Source: a virus
Length of the DNA stretch: 64,000 nucleotides
Direction: 5' to 3' (one strand)
IMG/VR virus record: IMGVR_UViG_3300045988_154481
Under the pieces are notes generated by a model. It was given only the letters and a program-made list of their open reading frames with translations, ran no database searches and had not been told where the DNA came from. The translations under genes were made by a program, and so were the position numbers. Shown here one piece after another: positions 28,277-38,279 of this stretch; within the stretch, counting starts at the first letter, position 1; every line of letters begins with the position of its first letter.

Positions 28277-28739
28277 TAAAATGATAAAGATTTATCTTGC
28301 AGGTCCGTTTTTCAATGAAAAAGAACGGCATCTTGTAGAAACTGCAGCACTCATTCTGCGTAATCAAGGATATGAAGTTATAGTTCCTATGGAACACTTC
28401 ATTGAAAATGGTGAAAAGTTAACTAATGAAGAGTGGGCACGTGAAGTGTTTGACTATGATGTAGAACAGATCAGAAATGCAGATTGTGTACTTGCAATCT
28501 ACCATGGTCATTATTCTGACAGTGGTACTGCCTGGGAGTTAGGTTTGGCATTTGCACACGATATTACTTGTATCGTTGCTCATGTTGATACAAGTAATGT
28601 AGCAAGTATCATGCCTGTTACTGGATGCTACTACAATATTAAATTCTCAGATATTGGTAAGATAGATCTGAAGAATTTACTTGATAATGAAAGGCCTTCT
28701 TCCAGAGGATTGAATGCTTGGATAGTAGAGCAGAAATAA
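28254..28739 (+). CDS. Nucleoside 2-deoxyribosyltransferase family protein. The start is possibly at 28281.
   Basis: The motifs IYLAGPFF and DSGTAWELGLAFA. Confidence 0.65.
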   Translation: MKKYVKHNKMIKIYLAGPFFNEKERHLVETAALILRNQGYEVIVPMEHFIENGEKLTNEEWAREVFDYDVEQIRNADCVLAIYHGHYSDSGTAWELGLAFAHDITCIVAHVDTSNVASIMPVTGCYYNIKFSDIGKIDLKNLLDNERPSSRGLNAWIVEQK

Positions 28740-28950
28740 CACAACTAGGATTTGTAGTGAAATGTAAAGCCGAGAGTGCGGTATGGACATTGCAGGCTCT
28801 GATATGAAGGCACTCTAATCTATCAGTATTAGTCCAGAGATCAGAAATGATTCAAAGCGAAAATTTCACAGTTGTGTTTTACAAGGTCTCTTACAGCAAC
28901 CTTTATTTAGCAATAGACTTTTAATCTACGGAGCTTTATAGAGACCTTTT
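28740..28950. ncRNA. Structured intergenic element (long-range helix cacaact...agttgtg enclosing gagagtgc...gcactct).
   Basis: Nested inverted repeats and no ORF. Confidence 0.3.
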
Positions 28951-28952
28951 AT

Positions 28953-29024
28953 GAGGTATTGGTGTTAGTGATAGCATATGTGACTTCCAATCACAAGGGG
29001 AGAGTTTGAATCTCTTATACCTCT
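28953..29024 (+). tRNA. tRNA-Gly(UCC)
   Basis: Acceptor gaggtat/atacctc; anticodon stem tgtga/tcaca with loop ctTCCaa; T-arm gagag-tttgaat-ctctt. Confidence 0.65.
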
Positions 29025-29059
29025 CAATTGTAACTAATAATTATTAATAAACTAAATTA

Positions 29060-29794
29060 ATGAAACGTTTTAAAGAACTTTCAGATGATATAATCAGAAC
29101 TGTGTGAAATAACAGTAAAAGTTTGTTTGAAATTTGTAAAAAGTTAGAAATTCATGATAATATTTCTAATAGAAATAAATTAAAAGAATGGGCAGTTAAA
29201 AATAAAGTGGAGATTCCTGTTACTAACATACTTACAAAAGATAGTTATGAAAAGAATCCTAAACTATGTAAACAATGCGGAAATGTAATTTTATGAAGTA
29301 AAAGAGCCAATGACTTTTGTTCCCATTCATGTAGTGCTACATATCTAAATTTAAAAAGAGAGGCCAAGTCAAGTGGTAAGTATGTTCGTGGTGCTACTTC
29401 TATCTGTATAAATTGTGGAAACGTCATACCTGCAAGAAATCAATATTGTAATCACAAATGCCAAGCTGAATATGCCTACAAGGAATTTATCAAACGCTGA
29501 AAAGAAGGTAAAGAATTAGGAATGGCAGGTGAAGATGGATTATCTGCACATATTCGACGATATTTATTAGAGAAGGCTAATTATACCTGTGAAATTCCAG
29601 GATGTGGATGTAATTTCATTAATCCTTATACTAATTTATCCATTCTTCAGATACATCATATTGATGGAGATGCAACTAACAATAAAGAAGAAAATCTCCA
29701 GGTTTTGTGTCCAAATCATCATGCAATGACTGAACATTTTGGATCAAGGAATAAAAATAGTACTAGACGATATCGATACTCTAAAAATAAATAG
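29060..29794 (+). CDS. HNH homing endonuclease (three in-frame TGA).
   Basis: Manual translation 29060..29794 reads ...RTV-W-NNSK...VIL-W-SKRANDFCSHSC...IKR-W-KEGKELGMAGEDG...QIHHIDGD...LCPNHH. The ORF track shows only the last 90 aa. Confidence 0.8.
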
Positions 29795-30019
29795 TTTATA
29801 GGCTAGCTCAAAGCCTATTCGAACAAACTACCGAAGTACAAGGTAATGAGCACTCCCTAAATGTTAGGGTAAAGTCGATGCTGATAGACAATAAAGAAAC
29901 AAGTTAGTTTCATTCAGCAATTTTAGCGGCGTAATAACTCTTAACATATAAATTGATCATTTGTATGGAGTTTCTGTGGCAATAAAAATCAGACGTGCAA
30001 ACTACGATAGTGTTTATAA

Positions 30020-30101
30020 GCCTCCTTGGCACAGCGGCGACTGCAACGGTTTTGTAATCCGTCTTCATTTGAACGCGTCGGTTCGAGTCCGACAGGAGGC
30101 T
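30020..30101 (+). tRNA. Class-II-length tRNA (82 nt). The anticodon is UGU by position, but the loop ttTGTAa also contains GUA. Thr/Tyr is ambiguous.
   Basis: Acceptor gcctcct/aggaggc; D-stem gca/tgc; anticodon stem acggt/tccgt with a T.T mismatch; 14-nt variable arm; T-arm gtcgg-ttcgagt-ccgac. Confidence 0.45.
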
Positions 30102-30128
30102 CTAAAATTTTATTAAAAACTTTATAAT

Positions 30129-30314
30129 ATGTTAGAACTTATAAAGAAATGGTTTGAATTGAAATTTCATGTACATGATTGGGAGACAGTTGAAGAAAAA
30201 TTAAAAAAGGTGTTTGAAAATGACTATCAAAGTCGCCCAGTTAAAGTTGAAAAAGTTTATATACAGCGTTGTAAAATATGTAATAAAATAAGACAATTTC
30301 GTATTAAACTTTAA
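30129..30314 (+). CDS. Hypothetical small protein.
   Basis: 61-aa ORF. Confidence 0.3.
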   Translation: MLELIKKWFELKFHVHDWETVEEKLKKVFENDYQSRPVKVEKVYIQRCKICNKIRQFRIKL

Positions 30315-30321
30315 GTATTTT

Positions 30322-30393
30322 GGGCCATGTAGTGTAAAGGCGAGCACATTTCCTTTGCAAGGAAATAGAGGGGTTCGAATCCCACATGTGTCC
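30322..30393 (+). tRNA. tRNA-Ala(UGC)-like with weak acceptor and T-stems.
   Basis: Perfect anticodon arm tttcc-ttTGCaa-ggaaa. The acceptor pairs 5 of 7 and the T-stem 3 of 5. Confidence 0.4.
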
Positions 30394-30512
30394 ACAATCT
30401 TCTATAAACTAGAGTTCTATATAGAAAGAGTACTGTAATCTGTTAAGGGCTTATAAATCAGACGTTAAAGAAAAAAGTCTTCGGGGCTGAAGAGCCCTGC
30501 TATGAACTTAAT

Positions 30513-30538
30513 TCCAGTAGAAATACTGGAATTTTTTA
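30513..30538 (+). terminator. Rho-independent terminator ttccagta-gaaa-tactggaa then TTTTTT.
   Basis: Perfect 8-bp stem with a GNRA-like loop and a T6 tract. A second hairpin ggggct-gaag-agccc sits at 30484..30498. Confidence 0.7.
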
Positions 30539-30540
30539 TT

Positions 30541-30613
30541 GGGACTGCGGTGTGCGTGGTGCGCTCGTTGGACTGAAAATCCAAAGGTGAACGTTCGACT
30601 CGTTCCAGTCCCA
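30541..30613 (+). tRNA. tRNA-Phe(GAA)
   Basis: Acceptor gggactg/cagtccc; anticodon stem ttgga/tccaa with loop ctGAAaa; T-arm gaacg-ttcgact-cgttc. Confidence 0.7.
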
Positions 30614-30700
30614 CTAATAGGCTACATACAGCAATTAGCTTCTTAATGTATTTTTTTGGATGATAGTGTAGCCTTTCTTTGAAATTAATTATTACAAAAT

Positions 30701-31189
30701 ATGACTTGGTATTTAATTTTATTAGTAATCTCTGCTTGTATCTTAATTGGACAGACAGTTTTATCCTTTATTGGAGGAGAGATTGATGTTGATATGGATA
30801 CAGACATAGATTCGAGTGACATGTTATCTTTTAAGGGTATTGTTCACTTTGTATTTGGATTTTCTCTAACATTGACTACAATGGGAAGAGTTTCAGTACT
30901 ATCTACTTTCGTAGCTGTTTTGGTGGGATTGTTATTTACTGTGATTCTGTTCTATCTTTACAGATACATATATAAGCATCTTCGTCAAGAAATCATCTAT
31001 CAAGATGAAATTAAGGATACTCCCGCACAGGTTTATTATTGGGACTCCGAGTTAAATAAAGGAGAGGTAGTAGTGAAGCTGGAAGGAAGATTAGTATATG
31101 TGGATGCAACATCTACAAAGAATGTTAACTATCAACCTGGAGAATCAGTTATAGTGGAAGGTACACGACATCAAGTAACAATTAAATAA
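30701..31189 (+). CDS. NfeD-like membrane protein.
   Basis: N-terminal transmembrane segments and a C-terminal OB-fold-like GEVVVKLEGRLVYV. It directly precedes the flotillin gene. Confidence 0.5.
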   Translation: MTWYLILLVISACILIGQTVLSFIGGEIDVDMDTDIDSSDMLSFKGIVHFVFGFSLTLTTMGRVSVLSTFVAVLVGLLFTVILFYLYRYIYKHLRQEIIYQDEIKDTPAQVYYWDSELNKGEVVVKLEGRLVYVDATSTKNVNYQPGESVIVEGTRHQVTIK

Positions 31190-31196
31190 TTAAAAG

Positions 31197-32810
31197 ATGA
31201 CTCTATTTATCATTCTCGGTGCAGCACTACTGTTAGTGTTGCTCTCAGTAGTGGGAATTCTCTCACGGTACAGAAAATGTCCTTCTGACAAGATTCTTGT
31301 AATCTTTGGTAAGACGGGAGGCGAAAAATCTGCTAAGTGCATTCATGGAGGAGCAGCTTTCGTGGTACCTATCGTACAGGGTTACAGTTTCATGTCACTT
31401 AAACCTTTGCAGTTTGAGTGTAATCTTCAGAAAGCTCTATCTTCACAGAATATCCGAGTAGATGTTCCAACTACTGTGACTGTAGGTATTTCTACAGAAC
31501 CTGAAGTAATGCAAATGGCTGCAGAGCGATTGCTTGGATTGACTACTGACCAGATTGAAGATCTCGTTAAGGATATTGTATATGGTCAGATGCGTCTAAT
31601 TGTGTCTAATATGACCATTGAAGAGCTGAACTCTGAACGAGACAAGTTCCTGGAAGAAGTGAAGAATGTTGTTGGTGGAGAGCTTCGTAAGATTGGCCTG
31701 CATCTTATCAACGTCAATATCACTGATATCAGGGATGAGGCAGGTTATATCATCGCATTAGGTCAGAAGGACAAAGCAATTGCTCTTAATAAGGCAAATG
31801 TTGAAATCGCTAAGGCTGAAAAAGACGGTGCAACTCAAACTGCAGAGCAGAACAAAATTAAGAACTCTGAAGTTGCTGTAACCCAACGTGAGGAAGCAGT
31901 TGCGGTCGCAGTGGCAAATGCCGAGCGAGATTCCAAGGTTGCAGAAACTCAGCGTACTCGTGATATCAATGTGGCAACTGCTAAAGCAGAAGGTGAGATT
32001 GGTAAAATCGAAGCTGAGAAGACTGTAACAAACAAGAATGCTGAGTTGGAAGTTGTGCGAGCAGATGCTGAAAAGGCTGCAAACACAGCTCGTGTAAAAG
32101 CAGAAGCTGAAGTCGCTAAGGAGAAAGAGCTTGCTCAAGTAGAAGTTGTTAAGGCTGAAGCAAAAGTGCTGCAAGAGCAAGAACTCGCTCAGAAGACTGC
32201 AGAAGAAGCTCGTGCTCAGCGTCAAGAAGCAGCCTTACATGCTGATAAGATTGTACCTGCAGAAATTTCTAAGAAAGAGAGTCTGCTGCGTGCTGAAGCT
32301 TATCAGCTGGAACAGGAGAAAATCGCAGAAACTAATGCTAATAAGACTAAAATCGAAGCTGATGGTAAAGCGCAAGCTGAAGCTCTCAAGGGTGAAGGTG
32401 AGGCTAAAGCCATTACTGCTAAAGGTCTTGCTGAAGCAGAGGTTGTTCGTCAGAAAGGTTTGGCTCAGGCAGAAGCAGAGAAAGCTTCTCTTAAGGCTCA
32501 GGCAGATGGTTTCCGTGAGATGATCGAAGCTGCCAAAACTGATCCTGCGATTGCAATTCAGTTCAAGATGGTTCAAGAAGGAACCTACGAAAACATTGCT
32601 AAGCAACAGGTTGAGGCTTACAAGCACATGAACTTCGGTAATGTGACCATCATGGACACTACGAAGGGTAGAGGCCTCACAGATGTGATGCAGAGCCTTC
32701 TGTCTCAAGTATCCCCCATGCTGAATGTTATGAAAGAAATGAAAATTCCTGGAGTATCAAAGGCATTAGAAGAGAAAACTGAGGATGCTAAATTTCCTGA
32801 AGTTAAGTAA
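31197..32810 (+). CDS. Flotillin (SPFH/band 7 domain, YqiK/FloT-like).
   Basis: N-terminal transmembrane segment, an SPFH region, and a long Ala/Glu-rich coiled coil. The internal ORFs 31758..32225(-), 32146..32523(+) and 32235..32708(-) are repeat artefacts. Confidence 0.75.
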   Translation: MTLFIILGAALLLVLLSVVGILSRYRKCPSDKILVIFGKTGGEKSAKCIHGGAAFVVPIVQGYSFMSLKPLQFECNLQKALSSQNIRVDVPTTVTVGISTEPEVMQMAAERLLGLTTDQIEDLVKDIVYGQMRLIVSNMTIEELNSERDKFLEEVKNVVGGELRKIGLHLINVNITDIRDEAGYIIALGQKDKAIALNKANVEIAKAEKDGATQTAEQNKIKNSEVAVTQREEAVAVAVANAERDSKVAETQRTRDINVATAKAEGEIGKIEAEKTVTNKNAELEVVRADAEKAANTARVKAEAEVAKEKELAQVEVVKAEAKVLQEQELAQKTAEEARAQRQEAALHADKIVPAEISKKESLLRAEAYQLEQEKIAETNANKTKIEADGKAQAEALKGEGEAKAITAKGLAEAEVVRQKGLAQAEAEKASLKAQADGFREMIEAAKTDPAIAIQFKMVQEGTYENIAKQQVEAYKHMNFGNVTIMDTTKGRGLTDVMQSLLSQVSPMLNVMKEMKIPGVSKALEEKTEDAKFPEVK

Positions 32811-32854
32811 TTAATTTCTTTATGAGCTGTATAGTTAATATGCAGCTCTTTTAT

Positions 32855-32940
32855 CCCGACGCGGCTACGATGGTGGAGTGGCACAGCACTGTAAATGCTG
32901 TACATCAGAAACTCATGAGGTTCGAATCCTCACGGCGGGA
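32855..32940 (+). tRNA. tRNA-Tyr(GUA)
   Basis: Acceptor cccgacg/cggcggg (one A.G mismatch); anticodon stem cagca/tgctg with loop ctGTAaa; long variable arm; T-arm tgagg-ttcgaat-cctca. Confidence 0.55.
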
Positions 32941-32955
32941 CTAATTTATATTGAC

Positions 32956-33426
32956 ATGAAAATTGTAGATAATTTTATATTCTTCTGGGGAGGTTGGTTA
33001 AGTAACTTTCATCCTTGTAGAATAGTATTTGGCTCTAAAGTTTTTAAATCATCTGAACAGCTTTTTATGTATCTTAAAGCTTTGCATTTTGGTGATATAG
33101 AAACAGCAGAGAGGATTCTATTAGCAGAGACTCCAAAGGAAGCTAAAACCCTTGGTAGGGAGGTTAGAAACTTTGATGAAAAATCCTGGAATGAGGTTAA
33201 GATTCAGAAAATGTATCTTGCCTTGGAAGGTAAATTTAGCCAAAATAAAGATTTGATGGATAAACTTAAAGACCCAGCATTAAATGGGAAATTCTTTGTT
33301 GAAGCATCTCCCTTTGATAGAGTCTGGGGTATAGGCTATGATCAAGATCATGCACTTCAAAACCAATCAAATTGGGGAGAAAATCTACTTGGTAAGACTC
33401 TTACCTTTTACAGAGAATCTTTATAA
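32956..33426 (+). CDS. NADAR/YbiA family protein.
   Basis: MKIVDNFIFFWGGWLSNFHPC... The motif FFWGG..LSNF is diagnostic. The ORF-track start at 32878 lies inside tRNA-Tyr. Confidence 0.65.
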   Translation: MKIVDNFIFFWGGWLSNFHPCRIVFGSKVFKSSEQLFMYLKALHFGDIETAERILLAETPKEAKTLGREVRNFDEKSWNEVKIQKMYLALEGKFSQNKDLMDKLKDPALNGKFFVEASPFDRVWGIGYDQDHALQNQSNWGENLLGKTLTFYRESL

Positions 33427-33483
33427 ACAATTTGCGGATATTGACATCGCTCAATATCCGCTTTATTTTTAAAACTTAATAAG

Positions 33484-35175
33484 ATGTTTGAAGCAAAAAA
33501 GAAAACATTATTTGCTGTTGATAGCAGTAAATCGGCATCTAAATCAGCCTTTATTCAGGCAGGATTAAAAACTGCAGCAGAAACCACTACAGGTAACGGT
33601 GGTAAAGCCTATTCCAGTACAGGGGATCCCTTCGTTGACCAGTTTGGTAGTACATCTAAGTACAGAGAGATTCGCCCATTTGCAGAAATTGCAAAAGACT
33701 GTGAAATTCTCTGGGCAGAAAATAAAGAAGATACTGTTAAATTTATCTTTTTCTTGCGAATGATTTGTCGTAAGATTAATGATAAAGAGTATGGTACCAA
33801 AGAAGCACAAAAGGGTTCTGAGCTTCGTCATGAAGGTATTATGCGTCTCATCTGGCTACATACCAAAGATAAAGAAGTATTCTGGAAGAATGCTTGGCTG
33901 ATTCCCTTGGTGGGTTCTTGGAAAGATCTCTTCGTTATGCTTCGTTATGACTTAGTTTATAACGGCTGGGAACACCGAGTTCTGGATTGGCGTCGTTTTG
34001 CAGATCTGATTACTGCAGGTCTTGGCTCTGATTCTCAAACGAATCTCATTCGTAAGTATCTTCCTCAGATCAAGGCACGTTCCAAGTGTACTACAGTAAA
34101 GGCACAAGCAAATTGTATGATTGCAAAATGGCTGTGTTCAGAACTTTATGGTGCATCAGGAGCAAAGACAGATGCTGAAAAGTATCAGGTATATCGTTCT
34201 TATGCAAAGATGAAAGCTGCAGGAACAGCACATAGCTGGCAACAGCTTATTTCAAAGCAACGATATACAGAGATTGACTTTGATAAGATTCATGGTCGTG
34301 CCTTAAACCTTCTTGTACACTCCAAGTTCTTAGAGAATCATAATCTCAAAGAGAAGTATCAGGAATGGATAGGAGCTCCAGAGACAAAGGAGGTGAAGTA
34401 CACAGGTTTCGTACATGAGCTCTTTAAACCTATTTGTAACACTGTTCCTTATAATATAGAGCAGCATATCAAAGATACTATTAACAAGCAATTTATGACC
34501 CTTGTTAATAAGTGTAAGGAAGAGGGCAATACTACAGACCTTATCGTAGTACGTGATACTTCTGGTTCAATGGGTGCAGAAGCAACTGGAACTTCCATGT
34601 CTTGCTACAATGTAGGTAAGGCAATTGCTCTGTATTTCTCTTATTTCTTAAGAGGGAGATTCCAAAATGCATGGATTGAGTTTAACTCAAAAGCTATGAT
34701 GCATGAGTGGAAAGGAGAAACTCCTCTGGAGAAATGGTTTAATGACCATTCGGGGTACTATGGAAGTACAAACTTTGAGGGTGTTATTAACCTCTTTGCT
34801 CAGTTGAAGCTTGAAGGTGTTCCAGAAGAGGAATTTCCTAAAGGAATTCTTTGTATCAGTGATTGTGAGTTTGATGCTTCAAGTCTGAATAAGACTTCAG
34901 TTGAAAGAGTCCATGATACATTGACAGCTGCAGGATTTTCTAAAGAGTATGTTGACAATTTTGTCATTTGCCTTTGGAATTTGAGAAATGATTACTACGG
35001 ATATAATGCGCAGAATCGCACTCCATTCCAAACTTATGGTGATGTCAAGAATGTCTACTACATGTCTGGATATTCAGCACAGATTGTATCTTTCTTAAAT
35101 GGAAAGGTACAGACTACACGGGATCTGTTTGATGAGGCTATGAATCAAGAGATTCTGTCTCTCATTAAGATGTAA
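33484..35175 (+). CDS. Large protein with a C-terminal vWA domain (MIDAS DTSGSM). The long N-terminal alpha region could be TROVE/Ro60-like, but this is tentative.
   Basis: LIVVRDTSGSMGAEATGTS...NVGKAIALYF...GSTNFEGV...ILCISDCEFD matches a vWA fold. 563 aa, the size and order expected for Ro60. Confidence 0.55.
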   Translation: MFEAKKKTLFAVDSSKSASKSAFIQAGLKTAAETTTGNGGKAYSSTGDPFVDQFGSTSKYREIRPFAEIAKDCEILWAENKEDTVKFIFFLRMICRKINDKEYGTKEAQKGSELRHEGIMRLIWLHTKDKEVFWKNAWLIPLVGSWKDLFVMLRYDLVYNGWEHRVLDWRRFADLITAGLGSDSQTNLIRKYLPQIKARSKCTTVKAQANCMIAKWLCSELYGASGAKTDAEKYQVYRSYAKMKAAGTAHSWQQLISKQRYTEIDFDKIHGRALNLLVHSKFLENHNLKEKYQEWIGAPETKEVKYTGFVHELFKPICNTVPYNIEQHIKDTINKQFMTLVNKCKEEGNTTDLIVVRDTSGSMGAEATGTSMSCYNVGKAIALYFSYFLRGRFQNAWIEFNSKAMMHEWKGETPLEKWFNDHSGYYGSTNFEGVINLFAQLKLEGVPEEEFPKGILCISDCEFDASSLNKTSVERVHDTLTAAGFSKEYVDNFVICLWNLRNDYYGYNAQNRTPFQTYGDVKNVYYMSGYSAQIVSFLNGKVQTTRDLFDEAMNQEILSLIKM

Positions 35176-35182
35176 ACTCAAT

Positions 35183-35215
35183 AGGCTCTAGTAGAAGTGC
35201 TAGAGCCTTTTTATT
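35183..35215 (+). terminator. Rho-independent terminator aggctctag-N8-ctagagcct then TTTTATT.
   Basis: 9-bp perfect stem with a T-run. Confidence 0.7.
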
Positions 35216-35227
35216 AATAATCTAATT

Positions 35228-35366
35228 ATGGGTAAGTACCTTAAAGATTATCAAATTCCTGATTATTGTGAGGAGGATAAACCTAGAATGCCAAAACGGC
35301 CTAAGAAGTTTAAAGACCAAGAGGGAGGAAAACCTTTAGTAAAGAAAAAGTTCAAGCGATGAAGAG
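35228..35366 (+). CDS. Small basic protein (one TGA).
   Basis: Manual translation gives MGKYLKDYQIPDYCEEDKPRMPKRPKKFKDQEGGKPLVKKKFKR-W-RDDS*. Confidence 0.25.
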
Positions 35367-35645
35367 ATGATTCTTAAGAATATTTAGAAGATTTAATGAA
35401 CCATCAACTGATAGTTCAAAAGAATTTCCTAAAAAAGTAATTGACTTAGAACAATTTGACGATGTATTTATAATTACTAATAAAAAGGTATATAAGGCCT
35501 GGGTTATGAAAAGAACCAGTAGACTTCTACAGATTTTTATTTGGGAGTCTAAAAAGGAGGTAATTATAAATACAATTGGACAAGCTAATTCTAGTGTTAT
35601 TCCTTTTGGCAAGGATAGCTATTTAATTATAAATAAAAAAGATAT

Positions 35646-36227
35646 ATGCGATTACTTGTAGTAGTTGATATGCAAGAAGACTTCATCAGAGGTGCATTAA
35701 CGGTTCCTGGTGCTGAAGAAATAATTTCTCCTATAGAGAGATTAGTTAAAGAGTATATAACAGCAGATGATGCTGTTCTTTTTACTCGGGATACTCATTA
35801 TGAGCATAGTGATACTAGGGGATTTAGTTATGCTATGACTCGTGAAGGTAGAAATCTTCCAATTCTTCATTGCGTTTGTGGAACTGAAGGTCATAAGATT
35901 ATTAAGGAATTTAAACCTTACCTTCGTTCCTGCTATGTAATGGATAAACTAAACAGGTTTGGATTTATTCAGGACGAGTTCAATGATGCCAAGGTAGATG
36001 AAGGAGAATATTTATTTGACCTTACTGGTTACATTACAGAAATTACTCTGGTTGGTGTAGTAACTAACCTTTGTGTTATTTCATGTGCTGTAAGTTTTCA
36101 GCAAATATTCCCTAACGCAGATATCATCATAGATGCTTCCTGCTGTCGTTCTAATAACAATGAACTTCATAACAAAGCTTTAGATGTTATGGAGGGTTTA
36201 CAAATGACTATAATTAATCGTTATTAA
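35646..36227 (+). CDS. pncA: Isochorismatase-family hydrolase (nicotinamidase PncA-like).
   Basis: MRLLVVVDMQEDF...LFTRDTHY...CG is the cysteine-hydrolase fold. Confidence 0.65.
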   Translation: MRLLVVVDMQEDFIRGALTVPGAEEIISPIERLVKEYITADDAVLFTRDTHYEHSDTRGFSYAMTREGRNLPILHCVCGTEGHKIIKEFKPYLRSCYVMDKLNRFGFIQDEFNDAKVDEGEYLFDLTGYITEITLVGVVTNLCVISCAVSFQQIFPNADIIIDASCCRSNNNELHNKALDVMEGLQMTIINRY

Positions 36228-36313
36228 TTTTTTGATTTTTATAAACTTAATGTTTAGAACAGTTTGTGAAATTAAATTTTATTGATATCTTTGTAGTATA
36301 AAACTAATAAAGT

Positions 36314-36802
36314 ATGGATAAAATTTGTTCAAAATGTGGGGAAACTAAAGACATTTCACTCTTTGCTAAGGATCGGCACTCTTCTGATGGATATACTTAT
36401 TGATGTAAAGATTGTAGAAATACAGCAAATAAGAAATATCGGAAAGAAAATCCTGATAAAGTTCAGGAACATAATGAAAAGTGAAAAGATAAAAGAAAAG
36501 AATATTATAGTCTTCCTAAAAATCAAGAAAAGCTTAGAAGACATCATCTCAAGAAAATGTATAATATTACTTTGGAAGACTATGATGCTTTGTTTCAACT
36601 TCAAGGTGGTGTTTGTGCTATATGTGGAAAACCTGAAACAAGCTCAAAGGCTAGTAACTTAGCAGTAGATCATGATCACACAAATGGTAGTATTAGAGGC
36701 CTATTATGTAATAAATGTAATAGAGGCTTAGGATATTTTGAAGATGATGCAACTATTTTGTCTAAAGCTATAGAATATTTAAAAAATAAAGATAATGTTT
36801 AG
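36314..36802 (+). CDS. Recombination endonuclease VII (two in-frame TGA).
   Basis: Manual translation gives CSKCGETKD...GYTY-W-CKDCRN...HNEK-W-KDKR...CAICGKPE...DHDHTNGSIRGLLCNKCNRGLGYF. The ORF track shows only 36557..36802. Confidence 0.8.
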
Positions 36803-38279
36803 ACCGTGTTCAGTCCTCCTTTCAGATTTTTATAAGCAGGATCACCAGCGTCAATATGACCCTAGCATCACTAAGGTAGTTTCTTACTATGTACCTCGTA
36901 AAACTAGGATTCCTGAATTTGATAAGGTAGTAGTTTTTGGTATTCAAGCATTTATTGAGGAGTATCTGATTGAGTACATGAATGAAACTTTCTTTAACCG
37001 TCCCTTAGAAGAAGTTATTGCAGAATATGAATTTGTGATTTCTTCTACTATGGGAGCAGACCGTGTTAACTCGGATAAAATTAAAAACCTTCATGAATTA
37101 GGATATCTTCCTATCGAGATCTGGGCACTTCCTGAGGGATATAAAGTAGGAATGAATGTCCCCTGTATCGAGATTTCTAATACTAATCCAGAATTTGCAT
37201 GGTGTACTAATTTCATTGAAACCTTGATGCTCTCTGAGCTTTGGTATCCAATGTGTGTTGCAACTGCTGTAACTAAATATCGTAGTATCGTAAATGATTT
37301 TTATTCTAAAACTTCTGATATTTCTGGTCGTTCTGCTATTTCTGAGTTCGGATTTAGAAGTTTAGTTGGACTTCATGGTGCTATTAAAGCTTCGTGTGGA
37401 TTTTTGCTCTCTTTTAATAAGACTGCGACTATTCCTGGCATTATGTATGCTTCAAAGTATTATCATACCCCAATGTCTGTAGTAGGTGGAGGTATGGCTT
37501 CTACTGAGCACTCCGTAATGTGTAGTTCTGCTGCCATTGATGGGGATGAAAAAGTTATGATTCGACGCCTCCTTACTGAGGTCTACCCGAATGGATCATT
37601 CTCTATGGTAAGTGATTCCTATGATTACTGGAATGTTGTCGATGAGATTCTTCCATCTCTTAAGGAAGAAATTCTCAGTAGAAACGGCACTTTGTATGTT
37701 CGTGGTGACTCTGGGGATCCTGTAGAAATTGTAACTGAGACAGTTTTCTCTCTTTGGGAGACTTTTGGAGGTACTGTCAACTCTAAAGGGTATAAAGTCT
37801 TAGATCCTCATGTTCGAGCTTTATATGGTGATGGCATCACTCAGTTACGTGCAAAACAGATTTATCAGATTTTGTATGATAAAGGATTCTCTGCAGAGAA
37901 TGTTGCACTTGGTGCAGGAGGATTTTCCATGCTTTCTTACATGGATGAGTTTGGGAATGTGGATATGTTCTCTCGCGATACATTTAATGTAGCAATTAAG
38001 TGCAGCTATGTAGAACAAACCATTGATGGAAAAACTAAATCTATCATGGTCTACAAAGATCCTAAAACGGATTCAGGAATGAAGAAATCCCACAGAGGAT
38101 GTTGTGCTGTTTTCTACAACCATGTAACTGGTGAGTTTGATTGTGATGAAGGTATGACACTGAAAGAAGCTCATAATGAGCCTTTCAATTTACTTCGTCC
38201 TATCTTTTCAGATGGAAAAATGAGAGAGCAAACTACTCTCACAGAAATTCGTAGAACTCTTTGGAACGGGAAATTCTAA
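36795..38279 (+). CDS. nadV: Nicotinamide phosphoribosyltransferase (Nampt/NadV family, or the homologous Namat).
   Basis: Block-by-block similarity to NAMPT: LLSDFYKQDHQRQY, LPIEIWALPEGYKV, NTNPEFAWCTNFIETLMLSELWYPMCVAT, DFGFRS, VSDSYDYWN, RGDSGDP, NSKGYKVLDPHVRALYGDGI, IKCSYV. Confidence 0.9.
   Translation: MFRPCSVLLSDFYKQDHQRQYDPSITKVVSYYVPRKTRIPEFDKVVVFGIQAFIEEYLIEYMNETFFNRPLEEVIAEYEFVISSTMGADRVNSDKIKNLHELGYLPIEIWALPEGYKVGMNVPCIEISNTNPEFAWCTNFIETLMLSELWYPMCVATAVTKYRSIVNDFYSKTSDISGRSAISEFGFRSLVGLHGAIKASCGFLLSFNKTATIPGIMYASKYYHTPMSVVGGGMASTEHSVMCSSAAIDGDEKVMIRRLLTEVYPNGSFSMVSDSYDYWNVVDEILPSLKEEILSRNGTLYVRGDSGDPVEIVTETVFSLWETFGGTVNSKGYKVLDPHVRALYGDGITQLRAKQIYQILYDKGFSAENVALGAGGFSMLSYMDEFGNVDMFSRDTFNVAIKCSYVEQTIDGKTKSIMVYKDPKTDSGMKKSHRGCCAVFYNHVTGEFDCDEGMTLKEAHNEPFNLLRPIFSDGKMREQTTLTEIRRTLWNGKF

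Noticed and set aside
31758-32708. ORFs 31758..32225(-), 32146..32523(+) and 32235..32708(-) inside the flotillin gene.
   Set aside because: They are low-complexity artefacts of the Ala/Glu/Lys repeat region. The forward frame encodes a coherent SPFH/flotillin protein.
35352-35612. ORF 35352..35612(-).
   Set aside because: Low-complexity hydrophobic translation. The region is better explained by small plus-strand ORFs and the intergenic spacer before pncA.
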